Source of the DNA: Blasia pusilla
Lineage: Eukaryota
DNA: 64,000 nt
Assembly: GCA_050084515.1 (NCBI GenBank)
Contig: CM114271.1
Span: 27,528,001 to 27,592,000 of the forward strand
Reading direction: 5' to 3'
Shown here: piece by piece, positions 63,928 through 64,000 of the stretch
Numbering within the stretch: the stretch's first letter is position 1
How the letters are laid out: each line of letters begins with the position of its first letter
Notes under the pieces: generated by a model
What the model was told of the DNA's origin: nothing
Seen by the model: the letters and a program-made list of their open reading frames with translations, nothing else
Databases searched by the model: none
Program-made: the position numbers and the translations under genes

Positions 63928-64000
63928 TGTCGTGCGCATACATATCGCTACACAACATACATCGCTTCGTCACATCTATACCACACAACACCGATCTTCC
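63928..64000 (-). mobile_element. 3' end of an LTR related to the DNMT/PHD Gypsy family, continuing beyond the window
   Basis: TGTCGTGCGCATACATATCGCTACACAACATACATCG is essentially the reverse complement of the LTR end at about 43408-43444. Confidence 0.75.

Overview
This is eukaryotic, transposon-saturated land-plant DNA. The inference rests on an L-type lectin receptor kinase, plant-type Copia/Gypsy/MULE/hAT/Helitron elements and pervasive CG>TG/CA decay; a non-seed plant such as a bryophyte or lycophyte is plausible but unproven. No intact host gene is visible. (1) A minus-strand LecRK pseudogene (24551 to ~10470) is split by three independent insertions: a 7.7-kb MULE with 78-bp TIRs and a perfect 9-bp TSD, a 4-kb Copia with a 5-bp TSD, and a head-to-tail mini-Helitron array. 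(2) A second Copia spans 27074-32339. (3) An older MULE (38758-53445) encloses a hAT MITE, which encloses rearranged copies of an unusual Ty3/Gypsy element. That Gypsy is the standout. Between protease and reverse transcriptase it carries the C-terminal motifs (VIII, IX, X) of a DNMT3-like C5-cytosine methyltransferase, seen in two copies, and its integrase ends in a PHD finger rather than a chromodomain. This suggests a retrotransposon with its own methylation writer and histone reader. Motifs I-VI are lost in all copies here, so activity cannot be judged. Separately, both MULEs share an unrecognised accessory ORF, and the younger one is packed with oriented TAGCCGCC motif arrays, reminiscent of VANDAL/VANC anti-silencing systems. 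All calls are from reading the sequence by eye; no searches were run.
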